Source: Hyphochytrium catenoides
Taxonomy: Eukaryota; Protista; Hyphochytriomycota
NCBI GenBank assembly: GCA_900088475.1
Contig: FLMG01003684.1
Coordinates: 1 to 55,393, forward strand
Reading direction: 5' to 3'
Length of the DNA stretch: 55,393 nucleotides
The notes beneath the pieces were generated by a model, which was not told the DNA's origin, searched no databases, and saw nothing but the letters and a program-made list of their open reading frames with translations. A program made the translations under genes and the position numbers. Below, piece after piece: positions 10,218-26,983 of the stretch (positions are counted from its first letter, which is position 1; each line of letters starts with the position of its first letter).

Positions 10218-13180
10218 CTTTATCGGAAGTGGCGAGAGAGGTCTACTGCTGAGCTAAATAGATGTACCGGGGACAGAGCTGCTTTTGATAAGGCTAGTAA
10301 GGCTTTCGTGGAACTTCAGTTCTTGCTTTATGGCTCTTTGGGAAATTGGAAAGTGAGACGGCGAGACCTTCCAATGGTTCAACTCCAGCACTAAGCATCG
10401 CTTCCAGTATGGAGGAGGAGGCGTCCCACATCTGGCCAGAAGAAGATAAGATGCTCATGCTCTTTTGTCTTGATCATAGAGGAGAAGAAGAGTAGGTACA
10501 GACCTTTTTGCTGGCACCTTAACTTTTTCTTCCCTCTCGTGGTTGTCTACCACCAGTTTGGACGATACTCTGCCATCATTCCTCGCGCAGTGAGCGTTAC
10601 TATAGTAAATCGAGAAGAAAGCGAGGGTCGAAGATCCCTTAATTTCTCATGATGATGAAGAAAGGCACTACTGTTCCGCATTTGTCTGGGCACATCAACA
10701 TGATGGAATCTAAGCAGTTTGACAGTGACTAAGAATTCTATCAAAAGGGCAGAGCAATATGCGACCGCATTCTGCGAGTCCACGGAGAAGGCGCGCAGGA
10801 AGATATGCACAAAAGCTCTAGAAGGAAGGACGCTCGTTGAAGTCACCGAATGATGATTGCACACAAGCAGTTCTTGCTTCTTCCCGCCGTTCTCCTCTTG
10901 CTTCTAGAACTGATTCTCAGGTCACTGTCCATTCCTGCTGCTGGATGGGTGCTGCTGCCTCAGTAGGAGGAGGACCTCCTATCACCTCTGATGCACTCAG
11001 TGCAACCTCTTCACAGGCATACCTTTCTCTGCAACCAAGGCAGCCAAAGAAGACGTGGCGCTGCTTGTTGGGAGAACTTTGACTAGTAGGGACCAGACCT
11101 AGCAGCGGTCTGCCTTCTTCTTGCGTGGCCCGCCTCCTTCTTCTCTCGTCCTCTCTTCTTCCGGCACTAACGAGGACGGAGAAGAGTTCTCACTACTGTT
11201 CGAGGTCCTAACCGCAGGAGCCCGTGTTCTCATCATTGTAAGGACGGGGAAAGCTAAATGACCTGTCTATAGGGATCACTTGTCATTCCTGTATATTCGT
11301 CGTATCATGTCTGGGTTAGCGGTCCAACTCTGAAGGAGTGTGGGACATCTTTCGTCTTGTTCTTCTGTTCGCACTGGGAACATAAGCAGCAGCTTCCCAC
11401 CATCATCGAGCGGCTGCAGCTGCTGCTGCTCCTACTGATGATGATGATGGGATCATCGATGAGGCGCCTCTTCGTTGGTATGTTATTAGATGATGATGGT
11501 TCTGATCGATGGGAGAGTGGAGGAGGACGGCATGTGCCGGCGTCTGAGTGACCTTTCTTGCGGTGGTAACTACGGGTATGGCCCGCCGTTCTTCAGCAAC
11601 AACATGCAAGGCTAAAGAAATGATGCGTGACTGAAGAACTTGGGGATCGTCTCCGTCTTTGCTTTGTTGAGCAAACGCTACGCCACGAGTTACGAGGCTT
11701 TAAACTCACGTTTGCCCGAGGCCTCCGCCTGATATGATGAGGAAGGCAAAGGGTCGAGTTATTATTGAGGAGATCCTCTTGCCTCCGACGACCAAGCGAA
11801 GTTCTTTCCTGCTGCTTGATGACACACATCCCCGCCCTATAGTAAGCCTTAGTATTAAAGGTCTAAGGTGCCCGGCGAAGTCAACTGCTTGTACAGGGCC
11901 ACGACGGCGAAGAAAGCGCCCTGCTGGTGGTAGCTCTTCTCCAAAAAAAAAAAGCCTTGATAACATAGTTCCTAGACATTGTCCCTGGATGAACGAAGAT
12001 CGTAGGACGTGTTTATGTGTTGAAGAGGTCGTGACAGGACAGAGGATGAGAAAGAGGAAGAACTTGGTCGTCCTTGACACACTTGAGCAGTATGGAGAAG
12101 AAGTGTCCCGACTCACAGAGTAGAAAGGCCAATTAGCATCGAAAGAAGCGGTCTCCTTTCTAACACAAAGATCCAATAATTATGTTTTTGCACTCAGACG
12201 ACGGCCTCTCGAGTCTCCGAGCTGAGAAGCGAAGGAAAAATTCTCCTACCGATGGTGAAGGGATCCTCGCTATTAATAGAAAGAGCCCAGATAGGACCAA
12301 GAAAAGGCATCCTTAATAACCGCTCGTAAAGAATGGCGGGATAAATGAACGGCAATAAAGATGATGACATTTAGAGAAGCTGCATCGGTACTCATCGCCA
12401 GGAGTTTCGATGACATCGGGAAGGAGACAATAAGCCATTGGTAACAGGCTAAATATAAAGTAAAGAGAGAGACTCGACGGCATTCCAACCGCAGCGACGC
12501 CAGGAGGAGCGAAGCCGTAGAGATCACAAGGAAGGAAGGGTGGCCAAAGGAAGGAAATGGGGTGCAGCTTATTAAGCAGTAAACGAACGCTCAAGGCAGG
12601 TATAAAGAAGGAAATAACGGAGTGAGAATTCTCCGCTTCTCTCTCCTCTGCTGTGTGCACGCATGTTCAACAGAACTGAATGGTGGTGGCAGTAAGACAG
12701 AGATCTCGAAGCGACTTTCCAATCCTTGAGAAAGGGCTGGATGCTGTTCTCCTTCCCCGCGTGGCTGCTACTGCCGCCAACGAGAGTTTGAGTTGCATCT
12801 GGAAGGGACAACAAACTTCTCAGTTCTCAGTTTCTCTCCACCACCAGGCACTTTTCAATGTCGTCTTGGGTTCCGGGTAATAGTGCCCCCTATCTGTAGC
12901 GGATCGATAAATGAGGAACGAAAGAGGCAAAAGGACCTATCCTCCGCAGATGGACATGGCTTATTTAGAAGGACTGGGCCGCTGACTAGGTGTACTTTTA
13001 AGTGCGCTGTAAGTTGATAACTTGCGCCGTCAGGCCAAACAACATTCTTCGAGCGTCAGTCTTAGTTGGCGTTGCCGCTTCTCTATATACGGGAATTGCC
13101 GTGTATAATATATCGGCCCCAAGATCAGACTAAGCACCGCAAGAAGTGAGGAGAAGACGCATAAGCCAGTTGGAAAATGG

Positions 13181-15566
13181 CTATAGATCGCCACAGAACA
13201 TTTTCGGCTGAACGAGAAGGACAACAATCAAAAGAAGGGCACGCAGAACACTGAAGAAATGACAGCTCGTGGTAGGCGCGCTGCTAGGTTTCGACGATGG
13301 CGTAGGCCCATCCGCAGAACCTCTATCTCCTCCAGCCTGCTCAGAGACCACAGCCTGTCTTGTCACAGTCTTGGCTAACCACACCTTGGCATTTGGCTCC
13401 TCCACGGTCTCCACGAAGTACCACTCTCCCGTGACACTTTCCTTAGTCAGCGTTAGGACGTAATAGCCGTGGTGCTGCAGATCCACCCATTTGACTTGGT
13501 CTTCAAGCCCAAGGATGAGCTTTTCCGCGGCGTCCCCAATGATACCCCTCTTTACAAACAAGGGAGAGGAGATGGAAGGTGTGATAAGCTCTAGTCCTAT
13601 GGGCGACCGGTCTCCTAGATCGCCTTTATCTGGATCGTTAACGTCAATAGCCCACGAGCTATGAATGTCGCCAGTCGCCCAGACGACGTTTCTAGGAGAG
13701 AAGAGAAGTTTGCGGCAGGGGGCAACCCTGAGAAAGAGGAGGCAGGCAAAGAAGAACTGCTGGCTTACTTGATATTATTTTCCTCTAAGTAGCCCACAAC
13801 CCTTCGTCGAGTCGCAGGATAGCCATTCCAGGCATCATTGAGAAGAACCCTGTCGACGATGCCTAAGTCTTCAATCTTCAAGGCAGAAAAGAGGACCTGC
13901 GGGTTGCGGTTCAGTTGGAAATATCTCTGCTTATGGCATCTATGCGAGTACCCCTTAGAAGGCGTACGAGCTTGCTCAGACCTGATTCCCGATGACCTTC
14001 CATCTAATCGATTCCTGTTTCGTAGTGCCCAGGGTTGCGTTCAGCCACTTCTCCTGTTCTAGCCCTAGTATAGTCCTGTTCCAGCTTCCTATGTTCATGG
14101 TAACAGTGTAGTAAGAGGGTAGTGCGAGACGAGACGAAAGAAACGTTAAGCAGATGTCCATTTCCCCTCCTTCCATAACAGTTTTTTAGCATTACCAACG
14201 CTCTCTGCATCCTTCTCGATGGGATCACGACCATAAGCTCTGGTATCTAGCATGATTAGCTCCTAAAAGGCGCAGTGCGTGAGGGAAGAGAAAGGCCCAT
14301 CAAAGACGAAGAACGTACCGCTAGCTTGCCGAAGCGGAAAGAGCGAAAAATCCTCGTCTTTCCGTCCGGCTCGACCTCTGCGCGCTTTGGAGTGTATTCT
14401 AGGTACGCTTGGATAGCATCGTTCTTGCGCTGAGGCCAAGGGCCCTCCGTTTTCGGATCATGATTTGCTGCTCCAGACTCCCAGGCATTGTTAGCAAACT
14501 CTATGGGAGTGATTACCGGTAGAATTGTGAGCAAACTCGAAGCCGTCAATTGCATCTTCACTTATAAATAAGGGTCCATTTTGAGTGGTGAGATGTTTGT
14601 TCTGTCATCTGTCGTACCGTGATCATCCCAAACCATGAACCAAGGGAGCCAGCGCATAGCCTTGGAGAGTTCGGATGTGGTCCGATATTGAGCGTATCGC
14701 TTTCTATAGTCGGCCAGCTGCACCGTCTCTCGGGGCGGATCTGGTTCCCGGTCAATTGGACTCTCATTGCCCCAGTAGCCCTCAGATCCGTACTCGTAGA
14801 TGCTGGAGGGTAGATAACGCAAGCATCAGCCCAATGACGAGCAGTCGAGCTGAGATGGTTCCAAAGGTGCTTGAAGCTGAAGAGACAGGACTTACAAGTC
14901 ACCAAGGGCCACAACCCCAAAGAGGTCGCTAGCATTATCCGCAAGATGTTCAAGAGCGGTGAAGTAGCCTCCTTGGTAATTAATGCAGCTGATTACCGCC
15001 AGCTGCAACCTCGCCAAATCAGCCCCAGCATCTGGAAGAGTCCGCGTCCTCCCTACCACGGACCGGGTGGCATTCTCAACATCGGTAAAGCGATAGAAAT
15101 ACGTAGTCCCAGGCGTGAGGTTATCGACTGTCAGCTACATTGGTGTTGGGAGCCAAACAGTCGATGAGCCATATGGAGCTGAGATTCAAGAAAAGTAGCG
15201 CTATCACCCCTGTTCCCACTATTTATCCTATACCTTGACTGTCCAGTCTGTACTCGCATTCGTGGTCGCATCCCCTTCTTGGACAGTGTCCCACATACGA
15301 TTTTCTTGCATATTGCCCAAGCTGGCAACTTCCCATCGAAGACCGAGACTTCCGCTGGCTGCTGTGGCATTGTTCCGTGCCCGAGTCCAAATAATGACCG
15401 AGGTCGAAGTCGGATCACCCGAGGCAACTCCCCATAGAAATTCAATAGCGTCGGCAGCGGGTTTGACAGTGTCCAGAAATCCAAAAGCTAATAGGTGGGG
15501 AAGGATGAGTATCAGTGATGCTCGAGGAGGCAAGCTCCGGCAGGTCATCATCATCAAGTGCGTCAT
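13181..15566 (-). CDS. phoD: PhoD-family alkaline phosphatase, secreted, with C-terminal hydrophobic anchor (multi-exon)
   Basis: Signal peptide, then FLWGVASGDP..SVIIWTRA, DWTVKV, LADYRKRYAQYRT, WDDH(E)FANNAW, IFRSFRFGKLA, MLDTR, LGLEQEKWL, WKVIGNQV, DAWNGYP, TGDIHSSW, HGYYVLTLT. Ends with VLRALLLIVVLLV. Confidence 0.93.
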
Positions 15567-16109
15567 CCGGGCGTCAAGAGCAGTAGCTGTATAGCTTGAG
15601 AGATACCCAACCCTTTCGTAGCCCGCGGAATACCTATTGTGAGCTCGAAGATCTATAGATTTTGGGCTTGGCAGGTTGTGAGGTCTATTCTAAAAATTAT
15701 AAGTGCAATGAAAAGGGAAGGGAAAGCAACTGAAAGTCGAGCTTCTAAACCGAACAAAGCCAGTGACCTCTTGTGTTCAGCGTTCAGCCTCCACGTCGCG
15801 ATCCTTGCAAACATAGATGTAGGGACGTGGCGAGGTGAGGATGCTGCACTCGCGACAGGGTAGTAAGAGGAACCACGTGAGAAGCCAGGAGAGACACCGA
15901 GAAGACGAAGGCTTCTGCCTGCGGCGTCAGAAGAGAACAAAGAAGCCAACCATGCCAGCAGCAGCCTTGGGTGAGAGGGACTGGCATCATACTCTACGTG
16001 CAGGTCCTTGGACGTCAGGCGCTGACACTGAATGAGAACAGCGCCAGAAAGAAGAAGGCTTGACGCTGATGGATGATGAAGGAGAGGAGGAGAGGAGAGA
16101 GAAGAACAC

Positions 16110-16350
16110 GCACAGGATTCTTGTTCTTCGTGGTGTGGACTCTGGACAGTGTTACCTCTTATTATCGCTGACTCTGTCTGGTCAGTCTCCCGCCCTCTGT
16201 CTCGCTCGCGATCTATATTTTCCTTCCAGCTTCAAGGATTATGTTCGGCTGTTATTAGAATCTATTACGGTACTGCAAGATTATCACGCGAACTTCAACA
16301 TCCTCGAACATATGACGTGCGTACGATGTGGTTATCTGATGTAAACCGTT
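16110..16350 (+). mobile_element. Decayed non-LTR (LINE-like) reverse transcriptase fragment
   Basis: VLRGVDSGQCYLLLSLTL (cf. RGVxQGxPLSPLLF) followed by FKDYVRLLLESITVLQDY...CVRCGYLM (cf. FADDxxLLxES...LQ...C...GL.N), in one frame. Confidence 0.4.
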
Positions 16351-16616
16351 TGCGCGGCTGTATCCTGGGCGCAGCTACCACCTGTGGCGATCTCTTTTCT
16401 TCCCTGTTATTGCGCTTTGTGCCTGTTCCTTTCTTCGCATCTTCATCTCACATACTTTAGTAGAGATTACCGACCGATGACATCTGTGCAGCTAGCTGTT
16501 GCACGACAAGTCGCGACGTGGTCTCGCCTCTGGCCAACACTTCCACAGCCCTGACCAGCTGCAAATGTATTGAAAGGATGAGCGACTTGCCCTTGCTTGG
16601 ATGAGGACTGCTAGTC

Positions 16617-16686
16617 GTCAGGGGGTGCTATCATGAAACCTTGCCTTGGCTTGGGTCAGGGGCTATTATGAAACCTTGCCTTGGCT
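16617..16686. repeat. Short direct repeat, two ~33-bp copies
   Basis: gtcagggggtgctatcatgaaaccttgccttggct followed by gtcaggggctattatgaaaccttgccttggct. Confidence 0.9.
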
Positions 16687-16749
16687 CAACAAGAAGTAGT
16701 GCCTTGTAAAGTGTCGAGCGCGTGGCTCTTCTCGCAGCTCTCTTACACG

Positions 16750-18171
16750 ATGAGCGACAAGCAATTCTACTTAACGGACCGATATTCCTTTCCAGCAGAA
16801 GTTCGCCCAATACCGAGGAGTAAAACGAAGCCAATAAAATTCGTTGGGCTCCAGTACATCAAGGCGGCGGGCTTTAAGCTCGACCAGAGTGACCGTCTTC
16901 TCCCAGTGCCGGGCGGCATCTTGGGTTTATTATGGCTTACGACGAACCAAAGTAAGAAGCCCGTATTTGTCTTTCGAAGCCTGGAGGGCACGTGGCACTA
17001 CTGCCGGCGGTTAGGTAATCTGCAAAGAACTAATGGCTCCGGCATAACTGAAGTGGCGGAGGACCAGTTGGTGCAGTTAGTGCTGAAAACAGGTTCTAAG
17101 CAGTCCATGTTCTTGATTCATGAAGATGGGGCCGAAGCAATAGCAGATGCCTCTCGCTTCAATTCATGGTATACGGCCAACCTGAAGCGGAAGAATGCCT
17201 TTGGGTCTCTCTATTCCTTCGGCGCTCAAAAGCTCTTTCCTCTAAAAAGTCCTTGTACAGTGACTGTCAAGAGTGCAGATGGAGAGCTGAAGACAAAAAT
17301 CTCCTTCTCCGGCGACCTTACTCTTCCTTACCCTGGCTCACAGACTATTCAATTCTCTGCGGATTCATCTGAAGGGATTGAAAGCCTAAGAGCCCACCCA
17401 CTTGTAGGGTCTGATGGCCCAGCCACAAAGCTGAATACCTTCAAAGATCACACTAAAACTTGGGCTAAGTTGAATTACTTCGATGTGGTTAGTTTTGACG
17501 GACGGAAGGAGCCATCATTTATGTTGCTGCCCTACTTTGAAGATGCCCCGTACGATGTGGACGATTCCATCGTTCACTTCCCTCCAGTCACCGAGGTGAC
17601 TTTTACTAGCGACGATGCCACCATCACTGCGACCGCACATGATGACAGGGCACCTCACCCACGTTTAAGGCGAATTTCCACTTCAAGCGCTGGTACAGCT
17701 GCTAAAAGAAAGATTACGGAGGTAGGACCGGCGCCAACCAGAACCAGACGGAGGAAACGAACAAGACCAAGCAGCACATCTTCAGAGGAAAGCTTCGCGC
17801 AAGACGAAAGCATAACAGAAAGCGATGACGACGATAAGCTTTCGATTCGGTCCTTCAAAGAGATCGGTGAGAGATCTTTTGCCAACAGCAATATAACAGA
17901 GAGGACAAGCACATCTTCGACGCCAGCACAACTAGAACGAACAAGAGCAGGTCTTCGGGGCGAACAATGGGAACAAGAAGGAGCCGAATCCTTTGAAGGT
18001 CCTGAAGATAAAGCCACAATGCCAGACGTCAGCAGTCTATTCTCTAGCCAAAGAAGGTCGGCACCATGTGAGCGGTGCAAAGTCTTCCGCGTGGTGCTCG
18101 AGAATACTACGGCCAGTAATTTTGACCGTGCAAAGGCATTCATGTTGTCATTGCTGAGTCCTGGCGACTAG
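16750..18171 (+). CDS. Intronless orphan ORF (473 aa from first ATG)
   Basis: 1.4-kb stop-free frame. Globular-looking N-terminal half, basic NLS-like segment (KRKITE...RTRRRKRTRP), acidic/Ser-rich tail and a CERC motif near the C-terminus. No family recognised. Confidence 0.7.
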   Translation: MSDKQFYLTDRYSFPAEVRPIPRSKTKPIKFVGLQYIKAAGFKLDQSDRLLPVPGGILGLLWLTTNQSKKPVFVFRSLEGTWHYCRRLGNLQRTNGSGITEVAEDQLVQLVLKTGSKQSMFLIHEDGAEAIADASRFNSWYTANLKRKNAFGSLYSFGAQKLFPLKSPCTVTVKSADGELKTKISFSGDLTLPYPGSQTIQFSADSSEGIESLRAHPLVGSDGPATKLNTFKDHTKTWAKLNYFDVVSFDGRKEPSFMLLPYFEDAPYDVDDSIVHFPPVTEVTFTSDDATITATAHDDRAPHPRLRRISTSSAGTAAKRKITEVGPAPTRTRRRKRTRPSSTSSEESFAQDESITESDDDDKLSIRSFKEIGERSFANSNITERTSTSSTPAQLERTRAGLRGEQWEQEGAESFEGPEDKATMPDVSSLFSSQRRSAPCERCKVFRVVLENTTASNFDRAKAFMLSLLSPGD

Positions 18172-19590
18172 AGGTTGATAGGCTTTAATAAGCGATGTAG
18201 GATCTCAGATTGCAGTCCACCACCTTTACTAGGTGGGATCGCAGTGCCAGTGATTTACACAGTGTCGTCGATATTTACTACCCCCTCATCTGTTTCTCTT
18301 CGAGTCGCAGGGAGAGCACAGGTCTTCACACATTCAAAACATCATTGCGACCATTGAGTGCTAGTGCCGGTGGGACATTAGGCTATGTAACATAATCAAA
18401 AGTTTTGTGGATTACAAAGCCAGGAAGAAGGAGCCACTATTCCTTCTCCACTCCTAGGGAATGGCCGGAAGCTCTAAAAGTGCTACACAGCGAGAGTAGA
18501 CCCATCCGAAGAACTACTATACATTCCCTAAAAAAAAAAACAATGAGGAGGAAAAGAACACTGATGGCCATACACTGCCCTACCACTGCCTTGGTTCTCA
18601 CAGAGAAGGCCCTTTGGGTTATCATGCCCGATAGCTGCTGTTGGAGGAGGTGACTGAGCGACGGTATCACTGTTTGTTAATCTGCATCTTCGATGGGTGA
18701 ATGAGCGACAGTATGACTCTTCATCCGCACCTCCTCGTAGAACTACGGTAGTTCGTTTAGCTGTTGACTGAGGCAGGAGGAGATAGCGTGGTGGTGCGGT
18801 GACTCTGTTGGCTGGTGGCGGTGACTGGTGCTCGCAATCTCTGCAGAGAAAGGCCTAACTTTTGTTGTCCTTCTGAAACTTCGTAGGTGTGCCACTTGAG
18901 GCTTGACTACCCTGTGAAACGTTCATGATGAAAGGTATTTACTCGAAACATTCAAAAAGCTTACCAAGAAAGACTAAGGGTAAAAATACAGGCATCCAGA
19001 AACTTGGGAAGCTTTCATTTGGAGGAGAACGAGTAGGGCGGTTGGCTTTTCTTCCACCATATTAGCAGGAAGTGTATGATGGATGACGGACGGGCTGTGG
19101 GTGAGAGGAAGAAGAGCTGTGGGTTTGATAAACACTGTCTTCCCAATGGCAAGGAGGGTGACCTATTGTGCTGCGTTTGAGTGGCTAGAGTGAGTTTGTC
19201 AGGCCCTTGATGACCTCAGCGTGTCGCTTGATGATGCTCCTTCCAAATCCTTCGACAGCACAGCAGGGCCATCCTCCTCCTCCTCCTCTGGACCATGATG
19301 GATGAGGTGATGGCATGCGGGCCGGCACAGGAACAGTAGGAAGGAAAAGGAACAAACTTCCTGGCAAAGCTAGCTTTGTTCTCTCCTTGTCAGTGGCTTG
19401 GCCTGCCCAGCTGTTGCCTTTGTCACTTCTTCAATAAAGGCCCTTAACTGCTGATAGGATGCACTGCTAGTGACACGGTCACAGGACGAAGCCTACATCG
19501 CCGCGCAGTCCGCTCATCCTCTACTGCAACTGCACTGCAGTTTGCTTTCTTCCAGGCGCGGTGTATGCAAGAGCTGTAGTTGCTAATAAT

Positions 19591-25806
<6,216 letters not shown>

Positions 25807-26983
25807 GAAGCCACGTCGTAAGCTTCTAAGAACCCAGTTGAGCAAGATACAAGCGCTGTTGGGCCTTCGGCGGTTCAGACACCAAGACATGCGACGTGCA
25901 AGATGTTTCTTGTTCGTCAAAAAAGTTCTATTTATGAGTAATAAAAAGACGCGCAAGGCTCGTCTAGATAAGGCTTGCCGGAAGATCTGTCACGGCCCTA
26001 GACCGCATTAAAGATGAATATGTCTCAGAGGCAGTCAAAGGTATGGCCGTTGGCACTTGAAAACTAGGAACCCGTGACTGCTCGAACAGGAATCCAGACA
26101 AGCAAGCGGCGTCTTAGGTTGTTTGGCTTCCTTCAAAAACTTCTTTCCCAGAGGCCACCTTCTTCCGTCCGCGCGCTGTCTATGATGGCTAGCAATCATT
26201 TCTATCCTTGATGTCTTCTGGTGGCTCTTTGCTTGAGTTATGCCACTCACTTCTCCATTGGATCTGCCTCTTGGCGACGTCCACCACTACCTGCTACAGC
26301 TCCAACTCAAGCCGCCAGACGAGGTCTGGTGAGCTGGCGAGACCGCGGCTCTGGTCTCATCAAAAGCCACGAGTGTTTTCACTTCTTCCCTGCTTGCCCA
26401 TTCTCTTCTTCATTATCTGACCCATAAAGCCCATGTAGGTTCGTATTATTCTTCCTGTCCTATGAGATCTTAGAGTTTAGTATGAGAAGAGGAAACAGGG
26501 GTGGTCAGACCTACATTAGCAGGATGACCTACTCGGGTTCCTAGTAAGGAAGCGAAGGACTGGACTGTACTAATACTGAAGGCAGACCCATAATTACTCG
26601 AATTGTGGGTTCGGCATCATCATTAGAAAGGACGAGCAGACTCGGCAGCTCGCACCAAAGGGAAGGCGTCAGCCCAACAGGAAAGCCCGTTTCTGGAGAA
26701 GTCTGAAAGCGCGGAAGCCCACCGCTCTTTCATTGCTACCACGGATACTCAGATCTGATTGCAGCCCTTCCAGGCCAAGATGCAGGAAATGCATCAAACG
26801 ACATAGTTTATAAGTATAGAGTAACCAGATCGGATAGGTGTCTGTCCTACGCTGGGAGCGGAAGTCCCGTCCCATTCCCCTCTCCGATATCTCTTGCGTA
26901 TGGTCCGCCGCTGATGGTGGGCACCGCTTGGATGCTTCTGGACAAACAGAATGAGTTGCCCTCAGACTCTGGCAGAGGAGTAG

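Noticed and set aside
10300-10325. Heat-shock element upstream of the Hsp12-like gene
   Set aside because: Only an imperfect GAA/TTC arrangement, not distinguishable from chance.
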